A DNA stretch of 64,000 nucleotides, taken from the NCBI RefSeq assembly GCF_054482525.1, contig NZ_JBTHVG010000003.1; one strand, 5' to 3'. The notes under the pieces were generated by a model. It saw only the letters and a list, made by a program, of their open reading frames with translations, did no database searches and was not told the DNA's origin. The translations under genes and the position numbers were made by a program. Positions 10,201-19,256 of this stretch are shown piece after piece (positions within the stretch are counted from its first letter, which is position 1; each line of letters begins with the position of its first letter). The DNA is from a plasmid.

Positions 10201-10425
10201 CTGCGCCCGATCGTGATGACCTCCATCGCCTTTATCGCCGGGACCATTCCGCTGATCCTCGGCCACGGCGCGGGGGCGGAAGTCCGCGGCGTCACCGGGA
10301 TCACGGTGTTCTCCGGGATGCTGGGCGTGACGCTCTTCGGTCTGTTCCTGACGCCGGTGTTTTACGTGACGCTACGGAAACTGGTGACCCGCAGGAAGCC
10401 GGTCCAGGAGGATCTGCCCGCCTAG
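7273..10425 (+). CDS. oqxB: RND multidrug efflux transporter OqxB
   Basis: 1050 aa, 12-TM RND architecture; immediately downstream of oqxA; GC-rich. Confidence 0.95.
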   Translation: MDFSRFFIDRPIFAAVLSILIFITGLIAIPLLPVSEYPDVVPPSVQVRAEYPGANPKVIAETVATPLEEAINGVENMMYMKSVAGSDGVLVTTVTFRPGTDPDQAQVQVQNRVAQAEARLPEDVRRLGITTQKQSPTLTLVVHLFSPGGKYDSLYMRNYATLKVKDELARLPGVGQIQIFGSGEYAMRVWLDPNKVAARGLTASDVVTAMQEQNVQVSAGQLGAEPLPQESDFLISINAQGRLHTEEEFGNIILKTAQDGSLVRLRDVARIEMGSGSYALRSQLNNKDAVGIGIFQSPGANAIDLSNAVRAKMAELATRFPEDMQWAAPYDPTVFVRDSIRAVVQTLLEAVVLVVLVVILFLQTWRASIIPLIAVPVSVVGTFSILYLLGFSLNTLSLFGLVLAIGIVVDDAIVVVENVERNIEEGLAPLAAAYQAMREVSGPIIAIALVLCAVFVPMAFLSGVTGQFYKQFAVTIAISTVISAINSLTLSPALAALLLKPHGAKKDLPTRLIDRLFGWIFRPFNRFFLRSSNGYQGLVGKTLGRRGAVFAVYLLLLCAAGVMFKVVPGGFIPTQDKLYLIGGVKMPEGSSLARTDAVIRKMSEIGMNTEGVDYAVAFPGLNALQFTNTPNTGTIFFGLKPFDQRKHTAAEINAEINAKIAQIQQGFGFSILPPPILGLGQGSGYSLYIQDRGGLGYGALQSAVNAMSGAIMQTPGMHFPISTYQANVPQLDVQVDRDKAKAQGVSLTDLFGTLQTYLGSSYVNDFNQFGRTWRVMAQADGPYRESVEDIANLRTRNNQGEMVPIGSMVNISTTYGPDPVIRYNGYPAADLIGDADPRVLSSSQAMTHLEELSKQILPNGMNIEWTDLSFQQATQGNTALIVFPVAVLLAFLVLAALYESWTLPLAVILIVPMTMLSALFGVWLTGGDNNVFVQVGLVVLMGLACKNAILIVEFARELEIQGKGIMEAALEACRLRLRPIVMTSIAFIAGTIPLILGHGAGAEVRGVTGITVFSGMLGVTLFGLFLTPVFYVTLRKLVTRRKPVQEDLPA

Positions 10426-10494
10426 CCTGCAGCAGATAACAAAAAAACCGCCTTCACAATTTGAAGGCGGTTTTTTTTCGTCACCAGAAAATGA

Positions 10495-10974
10495 TTAATG
10501 CGCTTTTTTAAAGCGGGCGATCATTTCCGGCACCGGGTCGCAGCCGCTGGTATCGGCGTTTTTGACCGCCTCCAGCGCGCTGGCCACGGTATGGCGAGCG
10601 AGGACGTTTAACGAAGCCTGCTCTGCTTCATCGGCAACCGATTTGAAGTACCAGCAGGCGTTGGCGCTGACCACGCAGCGGGCCGGGACGTCAGGACGCG
10701 ACGCCCACAGTTTTTTATCTTCGATAACCGAAAGATAGATATCACGCAGGGTGATCTTGTCCGCCGGACGGCCAAGATGAATTGAGCCGTTGCGACCAAG
10801 CGTGGAGACGATAATGCCGTCACGAGTTAGCGGAACCATTAGTTTACGGATAAAGCTCGGGTTCGCTTCCAGGCCGTAGGCCAGAATCGCACTCGTCGAA
10901 CGTTCACCCATCTGCTCCGCCATTGCTACGCTGAGAACCATCTGCAAAGCTGTCGGGAAGCGGTAATCTAACAT
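10495..10974 (-). CDS. oqxR: Rrf2-family transcriptional repressor OqxR
   Basis: Convergent to oqxB; start reassigned to internal Met (MLDYRFPTALQ...) because the ORF-track N-terminus reads through the IS26 end. Confidence 0.8.
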   Translation of the reverse strand: MLDYRFPTALQMVLSVAMAEQMGERSTSAILAYGLEANPSFIRKLMVPLTRDGIIVSTLGRNGSIHLGRPADKITLRDIYLSVIEDKKLWASRPDVPARCVVSANACWYFKSVADEAEQASLNVLARHTVASALEAVKNADTSGCDPVPEMIARFKKAH

Positions 10975-11023
10975 GGCAGTGTCCTGGGTTGCGGTGAATC
11001 TTGTTCTTTTTAGCACCGCAGAG

Positions 11024-11843
11024 GGCACTGTTGCAAAGTTAGCGATGAGGCAGCCTTTTGTCTTATTCAAAGGCCTTACATTTCAAAAACTCTGCTTACC
11101 AGGCGCATTTCGCCCAGGGGATCACCATAATAAAATGCTGAGGCCTGGCCTTTGCGTAGTGCACGCATCACCTCAATACCTTTGATGGTGGCGTAAGCCG
11201 TCTTCATGGATTTAAATCCCAGCGTGGCGTTGATTATCCGTTTCAGTTTGCCATGATCGCATTCAATCACGTTGTTCCGGTACTTAATCTGTCGGTGTTC
11301 AACGTCAGACGGGCACCGGCCTTCGCGTTTGAGCAGAGCAAGCGCGCGACCATAGGCGGGCGCTTTATCCGTGTTGATGAATCGTGGGATCTGCCACTTC
11401 TTCACGTTGTTGAGGATTTTACCCAGAAACCGGTATGCAGCTTTGCTGTTACGACGGGAGGAGAGATAAAAATCGACAGTGCGGCCCCGGCTGTCGACGG
11501 CCCGGTACAGATACGCCCAGCGGCCATTGACCTTCACGTAGGTTTCATCCATGTGCCACGGGCAAAGATCGGAAGGGTTACGCCAGTACCAGCGCAGCCG
11601 TTTTTCCATTTCAGGCGCATAACGCTGAACCCAGCGGTAAATCGTGGAGTGATCGACATTCACTCCGCGTTCAGCCAGCATCTCCTGCAGCTCACGGTAA
11701 CTGATGCCGTATTTGCAGTACCAGCGTACGGCCCACAGAATGATGTCACGCTGAAAATGCCGGCCTTTGAATGGGTTCATGTGCAGCTCCATCAGCAAAA
11801 GGGGATGATAAGTTTATCACCACCGACTATTTGCAACAGTGCC
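11024..11843 (-). mobile_element. IS26 copy 3 (same orientation as copy 2; with copy 2 brackets oqxAB-oqxR as a Tn6010-like composite unit)
   Basis: IRs read directly; identical transposase. Confidence 0.95.
11076..11780 (-). CDS. tnpA: IS26 transposase
   Basis: Identical protein to copies 1 and 2. Confidence 0.95.
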   Translation of the reverse strand: MNPFKGRHFQRDIILWAVRWYCKYGISYRELQEMLAERGVNVDHSTIYRWVQRYAPEMEKRLRWYWRNPSDLCPWHMDETYVKVNGRWAYLYRAVDSRGRTVDFYLSSRRNSKAAYRFLGKILNNVKKWQIPRFINTDKAPAYGRALALLKREGRCPSDVEHRQIKYRNNVIECDHGKLKRIINATLGFKSMKTAYATIKGIEVMRALRKGQASAFYYGDPLGEMRLVSRVFEM

Positions 11844-11987
11844 ACGCAAAGACGTAATGAGCAGTGTATCCCCTGCCACAATACCCTCTTCAGGGATGCT
11901 GTCAGTGGACGTCCAGTACTGACCCGCCAGCAAAGAATGAAATCGCTCTAAACGGTCAATGCTATTTTTGCTGACCAGGTCACCCAT
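11844..11987 (-). pseudogene. 5' fragment (48 codons) of a backbone gene truncated by IS26
   Basis: ATG at 11985-11987 with strong upstream SD (GGAAGGA); frame MGDLVSKNSIDRLERFHSLLAGQYWTSTDS... runs without stop into the IS26 end. Confidence 0.4.
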
Positions 11988-12184
11988 ATACTTTTCCTTC
12001 CAGATTCGTGTGTTAGGTGAATCATACCAGATTGCCCTTGCCGTCTAATAACGCAGAAAACTGTGAATCCAAAATTCCTTAAATTCAAACCTGTCCAATA
12101 TAAAAGATGGCTCTTTTTCTTATCCAGTGTTAAGCGATAATGCTCAATTTTATTTCATTATTGTCAGAATCAAAATAATCTGAA

Positions 12185-12212
12185 AATAAAAAAGGCTTCA
12201 GAATTGAAGCCT
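12185..12212 (-). terminator. Rho-independent terminator for gene 12238..12594
   Basis: Hairpin aggcttca-gaat-tgaagcct with adjacent A-run (U-run on minus transcript). Confidence 0.55.
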
Positions 12213-12237
12213 CTATATTATACAACGTGAATGTATT

Positions 12238-12594
12238 TTATTTATCTTTCACCGGGTTCATTTCCCAGTATCTTTCACGTACGTTTTCTTGGCAATGGTC
12301 CGCTCGCTCCGGCGTGTCCCTTTTACGAGTAGCAAATGCTTCAATTACGGCATTCAAGTCTTTTTCTTTGATTTTAGATCCAACAGGCAAGTTTTCTTCA
12401 AACTCAGTCCTTACCAGTTCTTTCGTTTTTTTATAATCGGTTTCACTTTGGATTTCAGGTTTTAAACAAATATCGGCAACCATCACATCTGATTTGCCCG
12501 GGATCGGTTTTTTCCCGTTTTCAGATGCAAGGACCGCAGAGGAGGTAAAGGCGACAGACAGAGTTGCACATAACAGAAGGTATTTTAATTTCAT
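12238..12594 (-). CDS. Secreted small protein, hypothetical (N-terminal signal peptide)
   Basis: MKLKYLLLCATLSVAFTSSAVLA signal-like N-terminus; terminator downstream. Confidence 0.5.
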   Translation of the reverse strand: MKLKYLLLCATLSVAFTSSAVLASENGKKPIPGKSDVMVADICLKPEIQSETDYKKTKELVRTEFEENLPVGSKIKEKDLNAVIEAFATRKRDTPERADHCQENVRERYWEMNPVKDK

Positions 12595-12743
12595 GACTCA
12601 CTCCATGATTATCAATGATGGTTGCTCAGACACATCATTTATACCATGCCTGTCACCGAATACGAGATCCCCATATTTTGGCTTTAAATATTATCCAATA
12701 GGGTTTCATACACCTGGCTTCTGAAAGCAAGGTTCAAGGAGCT

Positions 12744-13361
12744 TCAGGGGGAAATCAGATTGTTGTCGACCCAGTACTTGTGCAAACCTACCACCCAATT
12801 CCTGGAAATGGACGAAAGTTCATGCGCCAGTTCACGACAGCATTCAGGCGTAAAAATACGTATGGGTCCTGAAGTACCGATATCAACAGACATGATAAAC
12901 TCCAGAATGTTGCCATGGCATAGGTTGTTTCTCAGCCTGACAATTTCTGCTTCAGGTGTTCTCCCGGCTGCTACCTTAACCAACATATCCTGCTCGGCTG
13001 GAAATGAAAGTAATTCTACCGGCACCCCTTCCTGCTTGGCCTTTCTCAGTAAGGCATTACTCATTACGGAGATACCCTCCAAGTCCACCAGCTCAGGAGC
13101 TGCATGCTGATCGTTAACTGTTGGTTTCAGCATCAGCGACTTCAACGTAACCATGAGTGATGTTTCAATCCCGTTCAGGAAGCTCGTACAGGCCGGTATC
13201 CATAGTTCGTGATGCAACGCCTCGGTTGCTTGTTTAAAGAACCAGTCAATCACGGGGACAGTGTGATAATCATAATAGTGATTTATCTCGCTGAATCTTG
13301 ACATATAAGCATCGTACTCAGCCTGGTCTTCAGGAGATAAAAAATTTGGTGGGAGGGGCAT
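12744..13361 (-). CDS. Hypothetical protein
   Basis: 205-aa ORF, no recognised motifs. Confidence 0.4.
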   Translation of the reverse strand: MPLPPNFLSPEDQAEYDAYMSRFSEINHYYDYHTVPVIDWFFKQATEALHHELWIPACTSFLNGIETSLMVTLKSLMLKPTVNDQHAAPELVDLEGISVMSNALLRKAKQEGVPVELLSFPAEQDMLVKVAAGRTPEAEIVRLRNNLCHGNILEFIMSVDIGTSGPIRIFTPECCRELAHELSSISRNWVVGLHKYWVDNNLISP

Positions 13362-13515
13362 CAGAATCCTTTCATCCTAGCTTGTATACCTTCTTCGTAG
13401 GCCAGCTCGCCATTATCGGTAAAAGATGGTTTTTGGTGTTTGTGACAAAGCTTAATTTTTCGTCAGGCTCGATAGCGTTACCGGAGAGATTTGATCTTTT
13501 CTCTGTAACTCGCAA

Positions 13516-13535
13516 TACTGTTTATACATACAGTA
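13516..13535 (+). promoter_or_regulatory. LexA (SOS) box TACTGTTTATACATACAGTA upstream of the umuD-like gene
   Basis: CTGT-N8-ACAG palindrome 20 bp upstream of the start at 13555. Confidence 0.7.
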
Positions 13536-13554
13536 TGAGAATTCGAGTGTAGCT

Positions 13555-13989
13555 ATGTCTGTTATCCTTGAGCACATTAGCAACAAGCCTTACGAAATGG
13601 CACCTTTTTTCAGTGATTTACTGAGCTGTGGAGTGATGAGTCCGTGCGCCGGGCATGAAGATAATGAATTAAATTTGCATGAATATGTAGTCCGTAACCG
13701 CCCCTCAACCTTCTTTGTCAGGGCGGCGGGCCTCAGTATGATCAATGCCGGTATCAATGATGGCGCTATTCTGGTTGTGGATCGGTCTTTAACGGCACGA
13801 CACGGCTCTATCGTCGTTGCGCTGGTGGATGGAGAGTTCACGGTAAAGATCTTACACACGTATCCTGAGCTGCTTTTGATGCCTTCTAATCCAGCCTATA
13901 AGCCGATACGTGTAAATCCCGAATCCCTTGAGATATGGGGCGTCGTCACCTTTGCACTGAATCAGTTTAGCCATGTACATGCACGTTGA
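13555..13989 (+). CDS. UmuD/MucA-like translesion synthesis accessory protein (LexA-like S24 peptidase)
   Basis: 144 aa; ...GLSMINAGINDGAILVVD... S24 core; overlaps the downstream polymerase gene. Confidence 0.75.
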   Translation: MSVILEHISNKPYEMAPFFSDLLSCGVMSPCAGHEDNELNLHEYVVRNRPSTFFVRAAGLSMINAGINDGAILVVDRSLTARHGSIVVALVDGEFTVKILHTYPELLLMPSNPAYKPIRVNPESLEIWGVVTFALNQFSHVHAR

Positions 13990-15232
13990 TATTAACGGGG
14001 CCTATGCGGCATTTGAGTGTGCGATGGATCCCAAGCTGGCAAAAAAGCCGCTCATCATAGCCAGCAATAACGATTCGTCCGTCATTGCAATGAATAAACT
14101 GGCTAAAAGCGTTGGTATTAAGCGTGGGACCCCAATTTTTAAGTGCAGGGATTTGATTCAGCAACACCAGATCGAAGTCCGGAGCTCTAACTTTACTTTG
14201 TATGAAGACTACTCAAATCGCTTCCATGAAACGCTGGAAAGCTTCGCGCCTCAATCGAGTCGATATAGCATAGATGAAAATTTCATGTTATTGAAAAACA
14301 TGAACAAGATAATAGATTATGAAGATTACGGCCGGTTGATCAGAAGTACACTTCTTCATAATCTGTCCCTTACCTGTGGTGTGGGGTGTTCAAGCACCAA
14401 AACCCTGGCTAAATTATGCACCTATGCGAGCAAACGATGGGCAGCTACAGGCGGGGTTGTAGTTTTGACTGATCAGGCCAGGATCAGGAAGCTCCTGGGC
14501 CTTATCAGTACCAGAGAAATATGGGGTATTGGTCAAAAGATCAGTGAACGCCTGTCGGCTTTCGGGATCATCACTGCCGGTGATTTTTATAATAGCGACG
14601 TTCGCTTTTTACGTAAAAGCTTTGGCGTTGAAATCGAGCGTACCTGGCGGGAACTGCATGGCGAACCATGTTTCCGGCTGCATGAATCCCCTCCTGTCCG
14701 GCAACAGATTATCGTTTCCAGAAGTTTTGGTCAGCGCCTTAATGAGATAGGCAAGCTACATGAGGCAGTTTCATTTTTTACCGCCCGGGCGGCAGAGCAG
14801 CTGCGCAAGGATGGCTCGTGGACCCGTCAAATCACAGTCTTCATTCAGAGCAGCAATTATGCGCAAGGTGAAAACCGCTACAGCAATTGTGGTATCGAGC
14901 CGCTTACCGCTACACAGGACACCCGCGATCTGGTTGATGCAGCCATGACCATCCTGAACCGCATTTACAAACCCGGGATAGCGTATGCGAAAGCTGGGGT
15001 AATGCTCTCCGCTATGACTGACGGCACAGAGCAACTCAGCCTGTTTGATGAGCGCCCGGCCAGGCCTGGCAGTCAGGCACTGATGAAAGTTATGGACCGG
15101 TTCAATAAAGAAAAGCGCGGAGCTCTGTTTTTGCTGGGGGAAGGCATTCAACAGGATTTTCGTATGAAACAGGCCATGCTATCACCGAGATATACGACCC
15201 GCTGGGATGAATTACTCGTTGTAAAAGCGTAG
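13973..15232 (+). CDS. UmuC/MucB-like Y-family DNA polymerase
   Basis: 419 aa; ...VGCSSTKTLAKL..., ...RELHGEPC..., C-terminal ...QAMLSPRYTTRWDELLVVKA as in UmuC. Confidence 0.85.
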   Translation: MYMHVDINGAYAAFECAMDPKLAKKPLIIASNNDSSVIAMNKLAKSVGIKRGTPIFKCRDLIQQHQIEVRSSNFTLYEDYSNRFHETLESFAPQSSRYSIDENFMLLKNMNKIIDYEDYGRLIRSTLLHNLSLTCGVGCSSTKTLAKLCTYASKRWAATGGVVVLTDQARIRKLLGLISTREIWGIGQKISERLSAFGIITAGDFYNSDVRFLRKSFGVEIERTWRELHGEPCFRLHESPPVRQQIIVSRSFGQRLNEIGKLHEAVSFFTARAAEQLRKDGSWTRQITVFIQSSNYAQGENRYSNCGIEPLTATQDTRDLVDAAMTILNRIYKPGIAYAKAGVMLSAMTDGTEQLSLFDERPARPGSQALMKVMDRFNKEKRGALFLLGEGIQQDFRMKQAMLSPRYTTRWDELLVVKA

Positions 15233-15277
15233 CGGCCATGACCGGCATGGCCGTACTCATCAAAAGTGAAAGTAACT

Positions 15278-16087
15278 TTAGGCCCCGCGAGCTTTTTCGA
15301 TTGCGCCCTGCAAAGTTGCTGCGTCCATAGCCCCGGGGATAAATGTGGTAGTCGCCGCATTCGGCTTTTTCATATTCATAATGATGAAGCCGGGTGTGCC
15401 GGTGATCCCAAGCGCTTCGCCCAGCTGCATGTTGCCGGAGATCACGTTTTCATATCGGTTTTTTTCCCTGTCAGAAAACGTGCTGTTAAACCCTGACTTA
15501 TCCACCACAGTATTAAAGTCGCTGAGTTCGAATTTGCGTTGAGAGGTCATGAAGGTATGAGCCACAGCCATCAGGTTGTTGTGGTATTTACGATAGGCTT
15601 CAGCACCGAAATTCTGATAGACGTGCAGACCCGTAGCGGCCCCCATGGCAGATACAGGTTTTGAACCGGCAAAAATCGGGAATTCTTTAAAGAAGAATTT
15701 TACATCTTTGCTCTGATTCATTACCGATTCAACAACAGGTGTAACCCGCATGCAGTAAATACACTGATAGTCGAAGAACTCGATTACCGCGACGTCGGCG
15801 TCATCCGGGCCGATGTTTGGCGTCTCCTTGGTATCCAGCAGAGCTGGCGCATATGGAATTATTCGTTCCACTGAGGCACTTACGTTCTGATTTTCCAGCG
15901 CCTTACCTGCTTCCACTAAATAATGGGGATTTTTTACCAGGTAAGTAGCGGCAATTTTGCCAATTTCTTCCTCACTGAGCACCTTCGGTTTAAAATAAGT
16001 TGCCGCGATTAACGCCGAGGCAGCGGTAGCAATTACCGCAGAAATTAAAATCGTGGCCATCGGTTTTAAATAAAATTCTTTAGACAT
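15278..16087 (-). CDS. Membrane-anchored thioredoxin-fold (DsbA-like) disulfide oxidoreductase
   Basis: N-terminal TM segment; CxxC motif (CIYC) in ...FFDYQCIYCMRV... Confidence 0.5.
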   Translation of the reverse strand: MSKEFYLKPMATILISAVIATAASALIAATYFKPKVLSEEEIGKIAATYLVKNPHYLVEAGKALENQNVSASVERIIPYAPALLDTKETPNIGPDDADVAVIEFFDYQCIYCMRVTPVVESVMNQSKDVKFFFKEFPIFAGSKPVSAMGAATGLHVYQNFGAEAYRKYHNNLMAVAHTFMTSQRKFELSDFNTVVDKSGFNSTFSDREKNRYENVISGNMQLGEALGITGTPGFIIMNMKKPNAATTTFIPGAMDAATLQGAIEKARGA

Positions 16088-16193
16088 AGCTACCTTTATG
16101 CTTTTCAGCCTGTTAGTTATTAACCTGCGATGGATTATACTGGCCCGGTAAATCGGAATTATTCGTGAAACAATGCTTTTTGGAGATTAAAGG

Positions 16194-16805
16194 ATGATTA
16201 GGCAGGGCTTTATACTCACAACCGCAATGCTTTTGAGTGGTTGTGGATATCATTTCGCAAACCAGGTAGATGCGTACGATCTAATGCCTCGTCCTGTTAC
16301 AAATAAAAGGTTTCAGATAGTCCCTCCGGACGAAAGTATTCAGTCCAGAATGTTTTCAGGCCGTTTTGCTGATGGATTAGCAAAAAAAGGAGTCATTATT
16401 TCCACTCACCAGCCAGATTATGTGCTCAGGTTCCGAATGAGCAGCTCACAGGAGAACATGCAGTATAGCGAGCAGCTTCTTACTGGGGTGACAGGCTACG
16501 TTGTAGATAAAAAGACAACGAGAACTGACAAGCATGGCGAATCGCATACTGACTATGACTACAGGCCGGTCGATGGGGTAATAGGCACTGAGACGATGTC
16601 GCAGATGCACTATATGCGACAGCTGGATGTCGAGGTATACCCGTCAGCGAAAGGAGCAAAGCAGGTTCTGAAAGTGAGTATGCAAAGCAATGCACCTGTG
16701 CCGTCAGACAGCATTGCTTATTCAGCAATGATCGACGCCTTTACTGATAAATTTGATGCGCCGCTGCGTTCCGGAAATTATGTTGCAGTGATCCCCTGGA
16801 ACTGA
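16194..16805 (+). CDS. Lipoprotein, hypothetical
   Basis: Lipobox LLSGC near N-terminus. Confidence 0.5.
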   Translation: MIRQGFILTTAMLLSGCGYHFANQVDAYDLMPRPVTNKRFQIVPPDESIQSRMFSGRFADGLAKKGVIISTHQPDYVLRFRMSSSQENMQYSEQLLTGVTGYVVDKKTTRTDKHGESHTDYDYRPVDGVIGTETMSQMHYMRQLDVEVYPSAKGAKQVLKVSMQSNAPVPSDSIAYSAMIDAFTDKFDAPLRSGNYVAVIPWN

Positions 16806-16864
16806 AAGCAGACGGCGGGAAGAGAATGTTCAAAAGTGACTTTTGGACACGCACATAAACGTGG

Positions 16865-17287
16865 CTATCGCCCTCCCCCATTAAAATCATAAAGTCGGTA
16901 AAGATCGCCCATCGTGATGGAATTGGGCTTATTAATGATTAGATACTGTAACTGTTCTTTATGTTGAGTACTGGCGGCTGCATTCATAAGCACTTCCAGG
17001 TAGAACTTGTAGCCTATGCTTCGCTCTGAATACATATACTGGAACTGCATCAGTAAAATGCCTGACATAACATACAACAGCAGCAGACTGAGTAACACAG
17101 TGCTATCAGGCTGTTCCAGTGCCATACTGACATACCCTGAACCCAGAATGCACAGAAGCCAACCCGTCATTAGAGCAGGCACCCTACGACTCAGACGTTC
17201 ATAACAACGTTTTATTACGGGATCCCGGAGATACTTTTTGTCAGGTATCCCCGTTGCCCTGATGACGAAGTTACTGAGTATCGACAT
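16865..17287 (-). CDS. Small membrane protein, hypothetical
   Basis: Hydrophobic segments; 140 aa. Confidence 0.4.
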   Translation of the reverse strand: MSILSNFVIRATGIPDKKYLRDPVIKRCYERLSRRVPALMTGWLLCILGSGYVSMALEQPDSTVLLSLLLLYVMSGILLMQFQYMYSERSIGYKFYLEVLMNAAASTQHKEQLQYLIINKPNSITMGDLYRLYDFNGGGR

Positions 17288-17320
17288 CTTTTTTCCTTCT
17301 GGACGCTCTCAGTCAATAAA

Positions 17321-17719
17321 TCAGGCCAGGCGCTCATTGAAAGCTACCACGAGCTGCGAATCGGGATTTTTTACCAGTTCGGGCCGGATAACTTTTAGTT
17401 GCCTCGTTGGGGCGAGCTCATCTGTAGGCCTGATGGTGGTATTACCCGGCCCCTTGCGGGTACTGTCGGTGTTTACCTTGAGCTTTTTATTTCCCAGGTA
17501 GCTTTCCATCTTTTTAGAGATGGTGTCACCTGTGGTCGCAACACCAGAGAGTTCCTTTAGTTGTTCACCTTGATCCATTTGTACCGATGACATCAGAAAT
17601 ACGATTCCTGGATCGTTTTCCGTTCCACAGGCTCCGTACTGACATTGTGCAGCGAAAACGGGCTGTACACCTACAGCAACCAGCATTAACGTACTCAGTA
17701 AAGTAGATTTCATACACAC
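17321..17719 (-). CDS. Secreted protein, hypothetical (signal peptide)
   Basis: MKSTLLSTLMLVAVGVQPVFA signal; probable true start at 17713. Confidence 0.45.
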   Translation of the reverse strand: MCMKSTLLSTLMLVAVGVQPVFAAQCQYGACGTENDPGIVFLMSSVQMDQGEQLKELSGVATTGDTISKKMESYLGNKKLKVNTDSTRKGPGNTTIRPTDELAPTRQLKVIRPELVKNPDSQLVVAFNERLA

Positions 17720-17733
17720 CTCTTACAGTCGGA

Positions 17734-17744
17734 AAAGTTACTTT
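17734..17744. promoter_or_regulatory. AAAGT(A/T)ACTTT palindrome copy
   Basis: ggAAAAGTTACTTTTGcg; between DsbC-like stop and next gene start. Confidence 0.5.
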
Positions 17745-18487
17745 TGCGCAGCGCCCATTTGGGTCACCAGGTTTTCCGGGCTCAGCCACCCCGTAAATAA
17801 CTGCGGTTTGCCGCTTAGTGTCACCATGGTAGGAGTACCTTGCAGCGGGATTGTTGAGGCCACCTGGAAATGCGATTTGATAATGTTTAAGCAAGCCTCA
17901 TCAGGACGTCCTTCCGGGATAGTTGAAACCGGATTCATCGCTGCATCCAGAGCTTCGTTTGGCTTTGCTGAACACCAGATTTTGGCCATGTTCCCGGCTA
18001 CTACCGAGTTCAGTCCTGCACGTGGGAATGCAAGAAACTTAATCGAAATACCGGCATCAAGATAAGACTTCAGATCATGATGCAGTTTTTGGCAGTATCC
18101 ACAGGTTATATCGGTAAAGATAGCAAGCCGGTATTTTTCGTTTGGTGATTTGTAGTCGATGGATTTTGTTTTGGATGCGAATTCCCGGACGCCCATTAAA
18201 ATGGCCTGCTCAGTGGTGTTTACCACATCTTTACCTTTCACGTGGAATAAGCTTCCGGTAAAAATGTAATCTCCGTCTTTGCTCACGTAACTTACCCCCT
18301 CCCTGGAAATCACCGTAAAAATATCTTTTACTGGCGAGGGTTCGACGTGCTCGATTGAAAGCCCAATGGCTTTGAGCTTATCCCGGGCTGCATCTGGCAG
18401 TACCATTGTATTAACCGGCTCGGCATTCATCGTGAAGGCGGTACTTAATGAAAGAAGTAATACCGATGCCTTAATAATTTTTTTCAT
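17738..18487 (-). CDS. DsbC-like periplasmic thiol:disulfide interchange protein
   Basis: Signal peptide plus CGYC active site in ...FTDITCGYCQKLH... Confidence 0.75.
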   Translation of the reverse strand: MKKIIKASVLLLSLSTAFTMNAEPVNTMVLPDAARDKLKAIGLSIEHVEPSPVKDIFTVISREGVSYVSKDGDYIFTGSLFHVKGKDVVNTTEQAILMGVREFASKTKSIDYKSPNEKYRLAIFTDITCGYCQKLHHDLKSYLDAGISIKFLAFPRAGLNSVVAGNMAKIWCSAKPNEALDAAMNPVSTIPEGRPDEACLNIIKSHFQVASTIPLQGTPTMVTLSGKPQLFTGWLSPENLVTQMGAAQK

Positions 18488-18634
18488 TTATGCTCCTTGA
18501 ATCGAGCACTAATATTATCACGCCCAAAAATTCCAGAATTTTGCTTAAACGCTTAAATCAACGGGTAAAGCCGAAAGAAAGTCGATAGATATATGGGAGA
18601 ATAGATAAAACGTAGATTCAGTGGAGAAATCGTT

Positions 18635-19174
18635 GTGTTTACACCACCAGCAGATGATGTGAAACCTATTCCCGTTCCTGATGAGATTTACACTCAGTGC
18701 ATTACGGATGCCGCCCGCTTCTTCGGAATTGATGCCGAACTGGTTTTTACGTTGTTTGACAATGAAGGCGGTAAGGTTGGTACTTTCAGCAGGAATACTA
18801 ACGGCACTTATGATATTGGCCCGATGCAGATCAACTCATCCAATCTGCCTGAAATAAAAAAGCATTTCCCGACTGTAACGTGGCGGGTTCTGGCTTACGA
18901 TGCTTGCGCTAGTTTCTGGGTTGGAACATGGTGGCTCTACAGAAAAATTGTTGATCGCAAGGGCAATGTGTTTGAAGGGATTGCAGATTACAACAGCAAA
19001 ACCCCAAAGGTACGTGCAAAGTACATATTTAACTTCATGGTAAAGTACAATCGCCGGATCCAGCAGCGTAACGGGATGGGTGAGCTTTATCAATGGACCC
19101 AACAACCTCCTCGATACAATGGCCATATAGCTAAAAATGTCCCGGAGCAAAACCCGACTCCTGTTGTTAAATAA
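18635..19174 (+). CDS. Lytic transglycosylase (SLT domain), conjugation-associated peptidoglycan hydrolase
   Basis: ...YDIGPMQINS... lytic transglycosylase signature. Confidence 0.7.
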   Translation: MFTPPADDVKPIPVPDEIYTQCITDAARFFGIDAELVFTLFDNEGGKVGTFSRNTNGTYDIGPMQINSSNLPEIKKHFPTVTWRVLAYDACASFWVGTWWLYRKIVDRKGNVFEGIADYNSKTPKVRAKYIFNFMVKYNRRIQQRNGMGELYQWTQQPPRYNGHIAKNVPEQNPTPVVK

Positions 19175-19256
19175 ATTCAACCTGATATTACAGAAGATCA
19201 TCGAGTAGCTTGGGTACCCCCCCGCAAAAAATTCGCATAGACTCAGGGGTAATAAA

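Noticed and set aside
7257-10439. Many ORFs antisense to or out of frame with oqxB (e.g. 7348..8004, 8767..9258, 9511..10266, 9747..10304)
   Set aside because: Lie entirely within the 1050-aa oqxB CDS; typical GC-rich artefacts with low-complexity Arg/Gly/Ala-rich translations.
10974-11070. N-terminal 32-codon extension of the oqxR ORF and plus-strand ORF 10973..11185
   Set aside because: Both read across the IS26 terminal IR at 11024; the oqxR start was reassigned to the internal Met at 10974.
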